This document shows positions 39,659 through 49,801 of a stretch of 64,000 nt of DNA, one piece after another. Under the pieces are notes generated by a model, which saw only the letters and a program-made list of their open reading frames with translations, ran no database searches and was not told where the DNA came from. The translations under genes and the position numbers were made by a program. Source of the stretch: Prochlorococcus sp. AG-679-M23 (lineage in GTDB: Bacteria > Cyanobacteriota > Cyanobacteriia > PCC-6307 > Cyanobiaceae); assembly GCA_003208875.1 (NCBI GenBank), contig QCUR01000003.1, forward strand, positions 141,766 to 205,765, in the 5' to 3' direction. Within the stretch, counting starts at the first letter, position 1. Each line of letters opens with the position of its first letter.

Positions 39659-40183
39659 TTATCCCAGTGAAGGAATTTCGCCTTTTAATTGAGAAGCCCA
39701 TGTTTCTAGACGAGAGTCTGTTAAATCAGATTCACTATCTTCATCAAGTGGTAACCCACAAAAGCTTTCACCCATTACGCTCTTTGACTCATCAAACGTA
39801 TAAGCAGATTTATCTACATAGCCAACCATTTCGGCGCCTGCTTTTGTGAAATAACTATGTAATTCTTCCATTGCATCGCAATAGTTTTCTGTATAGGTAG
39901 ATGAATCCCCTAAACCAAAAATGGCTACCTTTTTTCCTGACAAACTTAGTTCCCCAATATCCTCTAATATTGAGTCCCAAGCAGTTCCAGACCTTTCCTC
40001 ATCTGCTCCAGTATTCCATGTAGGAATACCACAAATTATTCCATCAAGGCCTTCGAATTCCGAAAGATCATCAACATCGGAAACATCCTTAGGTGATTCT
40101 GCTGAAGAAATAAAGTTGTGAAGACGATCAGCTACGTCTTCAGTTTTTCCGGTTGTAGTTGCGTAATAAATTCCTACGGTCAT
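39659..40183 (-). CDS. isiB: Flavodoxin
   Basis: YATTTGKTE, PTWNTG, FGLGDS. Confidence 0.95.
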   Translation of the reverse strand: MTVGIYYATTTGKTEDVADRLHNFISSAESPKDVSDVDDLSEFEGLDGIICGIPTWNTGADEERSGTAWDSILEDIGELSLSGKKVAIFGLGDSSTYTENYCDAMEELHSYFTKAGAEMVGYVDKSAYTFDESKSVMGESFCGLPLDEDSESDLTDSRLETWASQLKGEIPSLG

Positions 40184-40323
40184 AACTTCAAAATGTTTAC
40201 ATTAAAATAATAAAATTAAAATACGATAAATTAATTTTTATAAAAACTTTTTCATGTATATTTTTATACAAATTAACGTAAAAAAATCTGTCCCTAGCAA
40301 TCTAACTTGAACAGTATCTAATA

Positions 40324-41058
40324 ATGCTAAGTAATAATCAAAAAACTAATCTCAATAAGCTGATTAAAGATTTTAATTTTTCAAGTTCAAAAAAATATAA
40401 ATTAATTGTTTTATTGGGCCTGCTGGGTGATTTTGATAGTTTTGAATACGCAATAAATTTGAAAAATTTTATAAACAATACTCAAAATAAGGATATAGAT
40501 ATTTTTGCAATCGCAATTGGTAACAAAATCGGTAAAGACAAATTTTGCAAATTTACAGGATTTCCTAATAAGAATTTAGAAGTAGTTTACGATAATAAAA
40601 TTCACGAGGACCTTAAGGTTTCAAAAGGTATTGATATTGGACTGGGAGGTTGGATGAATATGTTGATAATGTTATCAGGAATATACTCTTTAAAAACGAT
40701 TAAAGAGGTCATTAGAGGTTATACCGGTGATAGAAATTCAAAACAAATTTTTTCTGACGAGGATCAAATAAATCTTTTCAATTTAATAAAATTTTCTGGA
40801 GTGTTCTTCAAATATACATGTGGTGATGGTTATTTAAGGCCTTTTGAATTGGCTACTTACAGATTAAATAACATGTTGGAAATTCTTCAAAACTGGAATG
40901 ATTACATTCTTGATAATAAGTATCTTCCTCAAAGGGGGGCTTCCTTTCTATTAGATGATAAAGACCAAATTATTTACAACTATTTTTCCAATGATGTGCT
41001 TGGGTATTCTTCTAAAATGGAAGATCCCTTAGCGTTTTTATCTGAGAAATGTAAATAA
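40324..41058 (+). CDS. AhpC/TSA-like (peroxiredoxin-like) protein
   Basis: LGDFDSFEYA, LRPFELAT, QRGASF. Confidence 0.75.
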   Translation: MLSNNQKTNLNKLIKDFNFSSSKKYKLIVLLGLLGDFDSFEYAINLKNFINNTQNKDIDIFAIAIGNKIGKDKFCKFTGFPNKNLEVVYDNKIHEDLKVSKGIDIGLGGWMNMLIMLSGIYSLKTIKEVIRGYTGDRNSKQIFSDEDQINLFNLIKFSGVFFKYTCGDGYLRPFELATYRLNNMLEILQNWNDYILDNKYLPQRGASFLLDDKDQIIYNYFSNDVLGYSSKMEDPLAFLSEKCK

Positions 41059-41330
41059 TGAATTCTTTAAATATCGAGTTTTTCGGATACATTGCTGCAA
41101 TCTTAACTACAGCTGCTTTTCTACCACAGTTAATTAAAACGTTAAAGACGAAAAAAGCTGAAGATGTCTCTTTAGTTACTTTAATAATGTTTATATGCGG
41201 TGTTTTGTCTTGGATTATTTATGGATATAGAATCTCCTCATTACCAATTTTAATAGCAAACATTATCACTTTAATACTTAATTTATTTATTTTAATTTCA
41301 AAAATATATTATTCCCGAGATATTAGATAG
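41058..41330 (+). CDS. SemiSWEET/PQ-loop transporter
   Basis: TTAAFLPQLIKT..DVSL, W..YG, ANII. Confidence 0.88.
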   Translation: MNSLNIEFFGYIAAILTTAAFLPQLIKTLKTKKAEDVSLVTLIMFICGVLSWIIYGYRISSLPILIANIITLILNLFILISKIYYSRDIR

Positions 41331-41415
41331 TGATAATTAGTTAATCTAAAAGTATTAATTTGCCCGTAAAACATTTAAATAAAGCCTAATATAAATCAAA
41401 TAACAAATTTAAGTC

Positions 41416-41640
41416 TTGAAATCTTCTAAATGCTGGGTTTGGTTTAAAGGAAGCCTCAATGAAGGGGGATATTGGAAAGAGGGTTTTAGTTGCACCTTTG
41501 ATGAAAAGCCTGGAATACTAATAGAAAGCCCATCATACGTAACATGTAGAGTTCCAAATTGGCGTGTCCTTACAAAAGAACCTGAAGATTTAAAAAAAAC
41601 ACCTTTGATTCCAGAAAATGCAATTTGGAAAATAATTTAA
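41416..41640 (+). CDS. Conserved hypothetical protein
   Basis: 74-aa ORF, Trp-rich, CRVPNWRV. Confidence 0.65.
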   Translation: MKSSKCWVWFKGSLNEGGYWKEGFSCTFDEKPGILIESPSYVTCRVPNWRVLTKEPEDLKKTPLIPENAIWKII

Positions 41641-41748
41641 ATTAAATAAAAAATATATATTCATCACATAACTCCTAAAAAGGTAGGATTATTTTATTAA
41701 AAATAAATTAATACTATTTACGATCTTTTTATAAATATTATTCCTTTC

Positions 41749-42627
41749 TTGATTTTAGGTTTTTTTATTGGAAAAAGAAAACCTAAACTATCAGAACTTA
41801 TCGCTTTACCCCTAATTAAGTATGGTATTCCGTTGAGTGTAATGGGCCTCTTATTAAAAGAAGGAATTGATCTAGATTTAATTAAAACTGCTTTAATTGC
41901 TTTTCTATCAATTGGATTTTTAATAGTTCTTATTAATTATTTATCAATATTTAAAACAAGACTACCTAATTACTCTTTACAATTAGCTGGTTTAATAGGT
42001 AACACTTCATTTCTAGGGATCCCAATTGCATTAGCCCTCCTTCCCACAAGTACTATTAATTTTACGATAGGATTCGATTTAGGAACAACTCTATTTGCTT
42101 GGATATTTGGGCCTTTCTTTCTAAAAAAGAGGATAAACACTAATACAAATCTTAATTTCAATGAACTTTTAAAAGCAATACTAAATAGCCCTGCCTCAAG
42201 AGGAATAGTAGGTGTACTGATTGCATATCTTTTAGGGTTGGAAAATGTTTTAGGAGATTATTTGTGGATCCCAGCAAGAATAGTAATAGTTCTAGCGATA
42301 GTTGTTGTTGGAACAAGATTAGGAATAATCACAAATAGCAAAACTAAATTTTTTAATTTGAATAAAGGGATTAAATATTCAATAATTTTAAAATTATTAA
42401 TTTTCCCTCTATTTATATTTGTTTTTAGCAAGATCTTGGGCTTTAACTTAAACGAGACTTCAGCGGTGGTTCTTCAGGCAGGAACACCCTCAGCTGTATC
42501 AACAATCTTGATGGCTGAGGCTTATAAAACAAATCAAAAGATTGCAGCTACAATTCTTTTTACAACAACATTAATTTCAATTATTACGATTCCTATTCTG
42601 GCAAATATAATAAATTTTTCTAAATAA
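41749..42627 (+). CDS. AEC (auxin efflux carrier) family transporter
   Basis: GNTSFLGIP, KLLIFP, QAGTPSAVST; true start may be upstream. Confidence 0.88.
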   Translation: MILGFFIGKRKPKLSELIALPLIKYGIPLSVMGLLLKEGIDLDLIKTALIAFLSIGFLIVLINYLSIFKTRLPNYSLQLAGLIGNTSFLGIPIALALLPTSTINFTIGFDLGTTLFAWIFGPFFLKKRINTNTNLNFNELLKAILNSPASRGIVGVLIAYLLGLENVLGDYLWIPARIVIVLAIVVVGTRLGIITNSKTKFFNLNKGIKYSIILKLLIFPLFIFVFSKILGFNLNETSAVVLQAGTPSAVSTILMAEAYKTNQKIAATILFTTTLISIITIPILANIINFSK

Positions 42628-42740
42628 ACTCAGAAATAACCCCTTTAAACAAGAATATATATATTCATCTAAACAACATATTTGCTGATAATTGTAAATA
42701 ATATATCCGGATATTTACATAATGTCTTAAGATTTATAGT

Positions 42741-42992
42741 ATGAAGTCAGTAAATCCTAAAAATGAATATATCCCTCTAGATCTTAAAATCTCCGTAAGA
42801 AGAGATACTTTACGACTCATTTCAGAAATGGCTCGTGATATGGGGATTAGTATCAATGAGGTTTTTAGTTTTTTGGCGGAGGATTCGGTCATAGATTTAG
42901 AATTATTAGATAATTTAAATAATGTCGAAATTCCAAATAAATGTAGTTTGGATGACCTAAAGAATGAAATGCTTAAAAAAAAGCTTTATTAA
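42741..42992 (+). CDS. Hypothetical protein, possible ribbon-helix-helix
   Basis: LKISVRRDTLRLISEMARDMGISINEV. Confidence 0.55.
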   Translation: MKSVNPKNEYIPLDLKISVRRDTLRLISEMARDMGISINEVFSFLAEDSVIDLELLDNLNNVEIPNKCSLDDLKNEMLKKKLY

Positions 42993-44794
42993 AATTTTTC
43001 CACTTTTTTATTTCTCCAGTTAGCTTCAAAACCATTAATTAGTAAATTAGTTGCTTGATCATTTAAATCACTTTTTTTGATCCTCCATAGATTATAAATT
43101 CCATAAAAACCTAGTTTTTGATGACTAATATTTGACCAATGTTCTTCAATAGATGAATATTTATCTATAACAACCAAAAAGGTTTCCTTATCGTAATTAG
43201 GTTTATCTTGAAAATTAATCCTTCTATCAAAAGTTAATCTTTCGGATAAATTAATTACTCCTTCTGCATTTCTAGATTCATAAAAAACTATCTGTTTTGA
43301 GTAGAAATGTAATGATGGTTTTCTTATTCCAATCATTGCAAGAGTTTCACCACCCTGTCGAGAATTTAAAATTTGTTTTGAGATATTACGTAAAGGTAAT
43401 TGTCTAGATGTATCTCCTAATTTCCTAATTGGAGGCATCAAAACAGTTTGTCCCAGCAATAGTAATAATTGAAGATAAAGAAAAGTATTTTGGGATCTCA
43501 AAACAAATAAAACAATTCCAACGAAAGCAAAAGCAAAGAAAAACAATCTTGCTTTAAGAATTATTCCGGTACTCAATAAGTTTGACGCAAGATTTGGCAT
43601 TTCAGGATCATTTATTGTGTTCAACCAAATATTTGATAAAAAGAATGCTATTGATAACCCAAGCAGGATAAAAAGATTAATAATCCACAAAAAGGAAAAG
43701 GCTTTTTTTTGATTTTGAAGCTTCGTATAACTATTGCTTGTCAGAATTGCTGCAGCTGGGATAGCAGGAAGCCAGTAGCTTGGAAGTTTTGTTGCAGAAA
43801 TACTAAAAAAAATAAAAACAGAACCCAGCCAACATAAACAATAAATAAATAAGCTTTCTGAAGGGATGCAACCTTTTTTTAAACTAGTTTTCAAGTCTTT
43901 AAAAGCCTCAAATATTCCGTGAAATAAAAGAGGAGTAAATGGTAATGATCCTATAACCATTATGTATAAAAAGAACCAAATAGGTTCTGCATGATTATTA
44001 ACTACTGATGTATATCTCTGAAAATTGTGATAGCCAAAAAAACTATCCCAAAAAGGTTTACCTTCCTTTATTAACTCTAAAACGTACCAGGGCAAGCTTA
44101 ACAAAACTGTAATTAATAAACCTCTTTTAGGTTTTATTTTGTCAAGTAAATCCCTCCAATCCTTTTGAATGGATAAAAAAGATGAAATAGTCAATGCAGC
44201 AAGGACAAAAGCTACTGGTCCTTTGGTTAAAATTGCAAGCCCCAAAAAAAACCATGGAGAGATACAATTTTCTTTTTTATTACTAGCCATTCTTCTCCAA
44301 AATAAAAGAAGGCTTATTCCTAAATTCCCGCATAAGAGTGCATCACTTACCGCAGTTCTGCTCCAAATAATTATTAGTGGAGACAAGGCAAAGCTCAAAG
44401 ATGCCACTATCGGCGTAGCTAATTTTCTCTCACCTTTTTGAGGCCAACAATATATTGTATCTCCAATCATTAGCATCAAAAACAATGAAGCCAATGCCGA
44501 AGGAAGTCTTGCTGATATTGTTCCAAGGCTATCCCATACCTCGTTTTTCGGTAAGGAATAGAACAAGCCCATTAGCCAATAAATAAGTGGTGGTTTATCA
44601 AATCGGAAAATACCATTTACTTTTGGGGTTAACCAATCGCCAGATTCACTCATTGCCTTCCCCGCAGCAGCAAAAAGGGGAGGAGTTTCATCTACCAATC
44701 CTGTAAAACCTAAACCTAAAAGAAAAATTATTATTCCAAAAAACAAAACTACTAAAAAAGTTAGAAGCCTTTCTTTAGATTTAAAAAAAATCAT
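42989..44794 (-). CDS. ArnT/GT39-family membrane glycosyltransferase
   Basis: DE motif, RFDKPPL, LTKGP, TKLPSY; multi-TM. Confidence 0.9.
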   Translation of the reverse strand: MIFFKSKERLLTFLVVLFFGIIIFLLGLGFTGLVDETPPLFAAAGKAMSESGDWLTPKVNGIFRFDKPPLIYWLMGLFYSLPKNEVWDSLGTISARLPSALASLFLMLMIGDTIYCWPQKGERKLATPIVASLSFALSPLIIIWSRTAVSDALLCGNLGISLLLFWRRMASNKKENCISPWFFLGLAILTKGPVAFVLAALTISSFLSIQKDWRDLLDKIKPKRGLLITVLLSLPWYVLELIKEGKPFWDSFFGYHNFQRYTSVVNNHAEPIWFFLYIMVIGSLPFTPLLFHGIFEAFKDLKTSLKKGCIPSESLFIYCLCWLGSVFIFFSISATKLPSYWLPAIPAAAILTSNSYTKLQNQKKAFSFLWIINLFILLGLSIAFFLSNIWLNTINDPEMPNLASNLLSTGIILKARLFFFAFAFVGIVLFVLRSQNTFLYLQLLLLLGQTVLMPPIRKLGDTSRQLPLRNISKQILNSRQGGETLAMIGIRKPSLHFYSKQIVFYESRNAEGVINLSERLTFDRRINFQDKPNYDKETFLVVIDKYSSIEEHWSNISHQKLGFYGIYNLWRIKKSDLNDQATNLLINGFEANWRNKKVEKF

Positions 44795-45885
44795 TTAATA
44801 TAATTTTGTGTTTGATATTCTTTGATAACCTTATTAAGCCAAGTCACTACTTTATCAGCAAATATATTTGAAGAAGCATTACTATCTACCCATTCTCTAC
44901 AATTTTTTCGGTCAATCTTATTAATGATTTTTATGTAATTAAGTAGGCCTTGCTTATCATCAGGTTTTGCTAGGTAACCAGTTTTTCCATGCTGAATAAT
45001 TTCACTTGGCCCTCCCCTTTTATATGCGACAACAGGTACTCCACAAGCTAATGCTTCAACTACTACATTTCCATAAGCTTCGTTCCATTTGGGAGTATTA
45101 AGTAAAGCTCTACAAGTTCCAAGTTCTTTCTGTAACTTATCAGTTTCTACAAAACCTTTCCATTCTAAAATCCCTGGAGAGAATAACTTTTCAATTTTTA
45201 ATGCATATGATTCATCTTGAACAATTCCCCAAACATTAAGTTTTTCGCCAAGAGCATTAGCCACATATGCTGCATCCTCTAAACCTTTTTCAGGTGCTAC
45301 TCTTCCTACCCAACCCAGAGGACCATTTTTACAATCTTGAAATACATAATTACCTAAATTAAATCCGTTGCCAATAATAATTGGATTTTCAATAAAAGGA
45401 TAATCAGATGCTTGTATCTTTGAGTGAAAAGCAAAGTTATTAGGAAATTTGGAATAAACTTTTGAAATTAAATTACTTATAACAAAACTTTCAGAACCCA
45501 TACTAATAATATGAGCAATTGGAATGTCCATATTTAGAGTCATCCAAATTGGTAGCCAATCATAAGAAAAATTCAAAATAATATCTGCTTTCTTTCCTAT
45601 ATCTATTGCCTTTTCAATCATTCCTGATAAAAGGGAATCATCAGGAATACTTACCGACGAATAATAATCTTGGTGTTGCCAACTTTTTTGCTCTTTTCCC
45701 TCCACAAAATGTAATTTTGCTTTTTTACTAACTTCAAATAATTTAGATTTATTTGGGGCCACTACGTCAACTGTATGACCTTTTACAATCAAGCCAGAAA
45801 CTAAAGAGTTTAGAGTAAGCTCTACTCCTCCACCTTTACCACTGCCTAAAAAACCAATAGGAGTACTAATTAAAACTATATGCAT
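44791..45885 (-). CDS. GT4 glycosyltransferase
   Basis: GRVAPEKG, EAYGNVVVEALACGVPV. Confidence 0.9.
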   Translation of the reverse strand: MHIVLISTPIGFLGSGKGGGVELTLNSLVSGLIVKGHTVDVVAPNKSKLFEVSKKAKLHFVEGKEQKSWQHQDYYSSVSIPDDSLLSGMIEKAIDIGKKADIILNFSYDWLPIWMTLNMDIPIAHIISMGSESFVISNLISKVYSKFPNNFAFHSKIQASDYPFIENPIIIGNGFNLGNYVFQDCKNGPLGWVGRVAPEKGLEDAAYVANALGEKLNVWGIVQDESYALKIEKLFSPGILEWKGFVETDKLQKELGTCRALLNTPKWNEAYGNVVVEALACGVPVVAYKRGGPSEIIQHGKTGYLAKPDDKQGLLNYIKIINKIDRKNCREWVDSNASSNIFADKVVTWLNKVIKEYQTQNYIK

Positions 45886-45914
45886 TCTTTAAAAATTATT
45901 TTCCTATTGACTTA

Positions 45915-46856
45915 CTAAATATTAGTCTTAGTATTTGAAAATTCCCATATAGACTTTCTCTGGCTGACAAAGAAAACTGATATTAGGACAAAACCCACTC
46001 CTATCCATTGAATGATTGTTAATCTTTCATTAAGGTAAATACCACCACTAAGGAGCGCAAATATTGGTGTTAAAAAGGCAAGAGTGCTAAATCCTGTTAT
46101 TTCTTTATTATTTGCAAAATAGAAAAATAAACCATATGCCAAAGCGCCTCCAAAGATACTTGCAAATGACATAAGTCCCCAATCAAATATGGACCAATTT
46201 GGTATCAATTGAAAATTTGTTTGTAAGCAATGTTTAAGAATAAGAGGAACACTCCCAAAAACCATGTGCCATCCAGTTACTGCAACTGGATCACTTTTAG
46301 TACATGTGAATCTTATCAAAATTGTTCCAAGTGCCATTGCTAGAGAGGCTCCAAGCATCCATAATTCTCCAACATTAAATGCAATATCACTAATACTCTT
46401 ATCAGACATTAACCACCAACTTTCCAAAAGTTCTTTTGGAACTCCTAAAAAAACTATTCCACCTAAGCCAAAAAGTAGCCCTAACCATCCAATTGGATTA
46501 ATTAAATTACCAAAAATCGCTCTTGCCAAGATTGCTACCATCAAAGGTTGAGAATCAATCAACACAGAGCCGAGCCCTGCACCTGTCTTAGATATCCCAT
46601 ATGTTAAAAATAATTGAAAAAAAGTTGCGTCTATGATTGTAAAAACCAAAAACCATTTCAAATCACACTTATAAATTTTTAAATCTCGTTTAAATAAATA
46701 TGTTGTAATAAGAACAAGAATTCCGGCAGGTAGAAGTCTTAATGAAGCGACAAAATCTGGACCAGCACTAGATACTAGAGGGGTCATGGCTGCCATTGAA
46801 GTCCCCCATAGAGCAAAAGGGAGTATCATTAAAAACCAATTTAGGATTGAATTCAT
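45915..46856 (-). CDS. DMT/EamA family transporter
   Basis: Multi-TM; LWG, RLLPAG, SQPL, ERLT. Confidence 0.88.
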   Translation of the reverse strand: MNSILNWFLMILPFALWGTSMAAMTPLVSSAGPDFVASLRLLPAGILVLITTYLFKRDLKIYKCDLKWFLVFTIIDATFFQLFLTYGISKTGAGLGSVLIDSQPLMVAILARAIFGNLINPIGWLGLLFGLGGIVFLGVPKELLESWWLMSDKSISDIAFNVGELWMLGASLAMALGTILIRFTCTKSDPVAVTGWHMVFGSVPLILKHCLQTNFQLIPNWSIFDWGLMSFASIFGGALAYGLFFYFANNKEITGFSTLAFLTPIFALLSGGIYLNERLTIIQWIGVGFVLISVFFVSQRKSIWEFSNTKTNI

Positions 46857-46909
46857 TAGTTCTGCTGATAGTCTTTTTAAAGTAGATTTATGATTTGTAC
46901 CTTAAAAGA

Positions 46910-47719
46910 ATGATTTGGCCTTTTAGACGTAAGTCAAAAAAAAGAATGGCTCGTATAGTAATTGATGAGCCAATTACAAGTTCAACAAGAGTTTCTGTCC
47001 TTAAAGCTCTAAAACAAATTGAGGATAGAGAATTCCCTGCATTAATACTTAGGATAGACTCCCCTGGAGGTACCGTCGGCGATAGCCAAGAAATATACTC
47101 TGCTATTAAAAGACTAAAAGAGAAAGGTTGTAAAGTCGTAGCAAGTTTTGGAAACATATCAGCTTCTGGTGGAGTATATATCGGAGTTGCGTCTGACAAA
47201 ATTGTAGCGAATCCAGGAACTATAACGGGTTCGATTGGGGTAATAATCAGAGGAAATAATTTATCTGAACTTTTGAATAAAATTGGTATTAAGTTTGAGA
47301 CAGTAAAAAGCGGGATTTATAAAGATATTCTTTCACCAGATAAGCCTTTAAGTAAGGAAGGAAGGGAACTCTTACAAGGATTGATAGATGAAAGTTACAA
47401 ACAATTTACAGAGGCTGTATCTGAAGGTAGAAATTTACTTGTTGAAGAGGTAAAGAAATTTGCTGATGGAAGAATCTTTACTGGAACACAAGCAAAAGAT
47501 CTAGGATTAGTTGACAAGATTGGAGATGAGTTTGTTGCAAGGGAGCTTGCAGCAGAGATGGTAAAAATCGATCCAAAAATACAACCAGTTACTTTTGGTA
47601 AAAAGAAAAAGAAAATATTAGGACTTATACCAGGGAGTAGAATTGCAGAGAAAATTATTCAAAATATATTTTTTGAAGTAAATTCATCTAATAAAATACT
47701 TTGGTTATATAAACCCTAA
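46910..47719 (+). CDS. sppA: Signal peptide peptidase SppA
   Basis: RIDSPGG, ASGGVY, TGSIGV, KSG.YKD; ATG at 46910 preferred over track TTG at 46895. Confidence 0.92.
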   Translation: MIWPFRRKSKKRMARIVIDEPITSSTRVSVLKALKQIEDREFPALILRIDSPGGTVGDSQEIYSAIKRLKEKGCKVVASFGNISASGGVYIGVASDKIVANPGTITGSIGVIIRGNNLSELLNKIGIKFETVKSGIYKDILSPDKPLSKEGRELLQGLIDESYKQFTEAVSEGRNLLVEEVKKFADGRIFTGTQAKDLGLVDKIGDEFVARELAAEMVKIDPKIQPVTFGKKKKKILGLIPGSRIAEKIIQNIFFEVNSSNKILWLYKP

Positions 47720-47726
47720 ATCCGAT

Positions 47727-48110
47727 ATGATTGAAAAATTTGAAGGAAATTACCAATTAACAATCATAAGAGGGGCTACTACTGCAAAAAATAATTCTAA
47801 AAAAGAAATCGAGAGTGCTGTAGTTGAATTAATCGAAGAATTAATTGCAAGAAATAATATTGTTGTAAATAATTTGTTATCGATTACATTTACTGTTACC
47901 AATGATTTAGATGCATGTTTTCCTGCTTCCATTGCAAGAAGATGTAAAAGTCTTGATTCCGTTGCATTCTTAGACTGCCAACAAATGTACGTGCCAAATG
48001 ATGTTGATTTTTGCATTAGATTAATGGCACAAGTTTTGTTAACTCCCAATCAATCTGTTAATCATCCTTATTTAAGAGGCGCTTCAAAATTAAGGGCGGA
48101 TAGATGTTAA
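47727..48110 (+). CDS. aroH: Chorismate mutase, AroH class
   Basis: IRGATT, FTVTNDL..FPA, CIR, HPYLRGA..LR. Confidence 0.92.
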   Translation: MIEKFEGNYQLTIIRGATTAKNNSKKEIESAVVELIEELIARNNIVVNNLLSITFTVTNDLDACFPASIARRCKSLDSVAFLDCQQMYVPNDVDFCIRLMAQVLLTPNQSVNHPYLRGASKLRADRC

Positions 48111-48176
48111 TCTTATTAAAACAATTTTCTCTAATAAATTCGATAGTTAAGTAACTAATTATCTATTTACTTAAAT

Positions 48177-48752
48177 ATGATGTTTAACAAACAAAAAAAA
48201 TTCATTTTAAATTTAAAAATTTTAAAGTTTTTATTTTTTTCACCATTGTTAATTTCAATTCCATTTTACCTCGCAAATAGTGGTGCAAAAGCAGGATTGG
48301 AATTCCAGTGGAATCAAGATTCAGGATATCGAAAATTAAAATGGTACCAAAAAGAGGATAAAAGAAAATTTAGAAATACAATTTTTTTCTTCTTAAGACC
48401 TTCTGATAGAGAAACAGGACTTCTAAAAATTACATTAAAAATCCCCGAAACATTCGATTCAAATCTTAAAGATAAAGTAAGTCTATGTGAGGTAAAAATA
48501 GGAGGCTATGAAGGTCGTACTAAATGTTTAAAAGATATACCTGCAGATATAGAGATAAATGAAGATAATTCATCACTAGATATTTTTCCTTATAGCCCAA
48601 TACCTTCAAATAAAAATAGTTACGCGATTGTTTTTAAAAAAATATTTAATCCTAAAAAGTCTGGTCTTAAACAATTTCATTCTTTTGGTCAGTATGTTCG
48701 AAAGAATAGCTCTTCAAGATATTTAGGAAGCTGGACTATATTGATCAATTAA
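48177..48752 (+). CDS. DUF2808-like secreted protein
   Basis: Signal region; LEFQW, FNP..SG, YLGSW; upstream of rpmH. Confidence 0.7.
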   Translation: MMFNKQKKFILNLKILKFLFFSPLLISIPFYLANSGAKAGLEFQWNQDSGYRKLKWYQKEDKRKFRNTIFFFLRPSDRETGLLKITLKIPETFDSNLKDKVSLCEVKIGGYEGRTKCLKDIPADIEINEDNSSLDIFPYSPIPSNKNSYAIVFKKIFNPKKSGLKQFHSFGQYVRKNSSSRYLGSWTILIN

Positions 48753-48782
48753 ATGATAAATTAATAAAGGATAATAAAAAAA

Positions 48783-48920
48783 ATGACAAAAAGAACATTC
48801 GGCGGAACATCAAGGAAAAGAAAACGTGTATCTGGTTTTAGGGTAAGAATGCGTTCTCACACAGGAAGAAGAGTTATTAAAAGCAGAAGAAAAAGAGGTA
48901 GAGAAAAAATAGCAGTTTAA
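48783..48920 (+). CDS. rpmH: 50S ribosomal protein L34
   Basis: Not in track; [45 protein letters not shown]. Confidence 0.95.
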   Translation: MTKRTFGGTSRKRKRVSGFRVRMRSHTGRRVIKSRRKRGREKIAV

Positions 48921-48928
48921 CATTTTTT

Positions 48929-49318
48929 ATGATGGCCTTGCCCAAAACTATGCGTTTAAAAGGTCATAGGACTTTTGATTATATTCATAAAAATTCCGCT
49001 AAATATTATGGGAAATTAATGACTTTCAAAATAGCCAAATCAAATCCAAATATTCTCATCTCCCATAACAATATTCATAGTTTAAATAATTTTAAAATTG
49101 CCATATCAATAAGTAAGAAAGTTTCAAAAAAAGCAGTAGAAAGAAATAAACTTAGGAGAATATTGCAGGATTGTTTATTAAAAAATTTCAGCGAGGAGAA
49201 TAACCACAAACCTTATTGGTTACTTGTTAACCTGAAAGCTGGTAATTTCTACAATGATAAGATAAATCTATTGGAGGAATTTCAATACCTAATTTTTAAG
49301 TCAGGTTTATTTAAATGA
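48929..49318 (+). CDS. rnpA: Ribonuclease P protein component
   Basis: ISKKVSKKAVERNKLRR (RNR motif); follows rpmH. Confidence 0.93.
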   Translation: MMALPKTMRLKGHRTFDYIHKNSAKYYGKLMTFKIAKSNPNILISHNNIHSLNNFKIAISISKKVSKKAVERNKLRRILQDCLLKNFSEENNHKPYWLLVNLKAGNFYNDKINLLEEFQYLIFKSGLFK

Positions 49319-49728
49319 TTAACATTAATGAAGAATCGTTTTATGAGGGTGGCCCAGCAAAAAGTGATTTAATAATCAATTTATTTGCTGGTTTAACTCT
49401 TCTTGGTCTTCCATTTACATTCGCTGCAATAGTAAGGGCCTTATGGTTAAGATACAAAATTACCAATAAAAGAATAACTATTGATGGAGGATGGTTTGGT
49501 AAAAATAAAACTCAAGTATCTTTAAGCAATATTGAAGAGATAAGATCTATCCCGAGAGGATTCGGATCTTATGGGGACATGGTTTTAATACTCAACGATG
49601 GCTCCAAGGTTGAGATGAAATCTTTACCTTTATTTAGAGAAAAACAAAAATTTATTGAGGAAAACATGGTTAAAAGATCACAAACATTAAATCTTAATGA
49701 GGTTGAGGGATTTGCTACTAAATCTTGA
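49315..49728 (+). CDS. Bacterial PH-domain membrane protein
   Basis: YEGGP, RYKITNKRI, GDMVL. Confidence 0.78.
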   Translation: MININEESFYEGGPAKSDLIINLFAGLTLLGLPFTFAAIVRALWLRYKITNKRITIDGGWFGKNKTQVSLSNIEEIRSIPRGFGSYGDMVLILNDGSKVEMKSLPLFREKQKFIEENMVKRSQTLNLNEVEGFATKS

Positions 49729-49801
49729 TTAAATTAATTACAAAAGTATTATTATCCTGTAAAATCAAAGTGACAAATAAAATCAAATCTTCTTTAATAT
49801 C

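Noticed and set aside
39538..39849. 103-aa + strand ORF
   Set aside because: Antisense overlap with isiB and the pcb promoter region; no motifs
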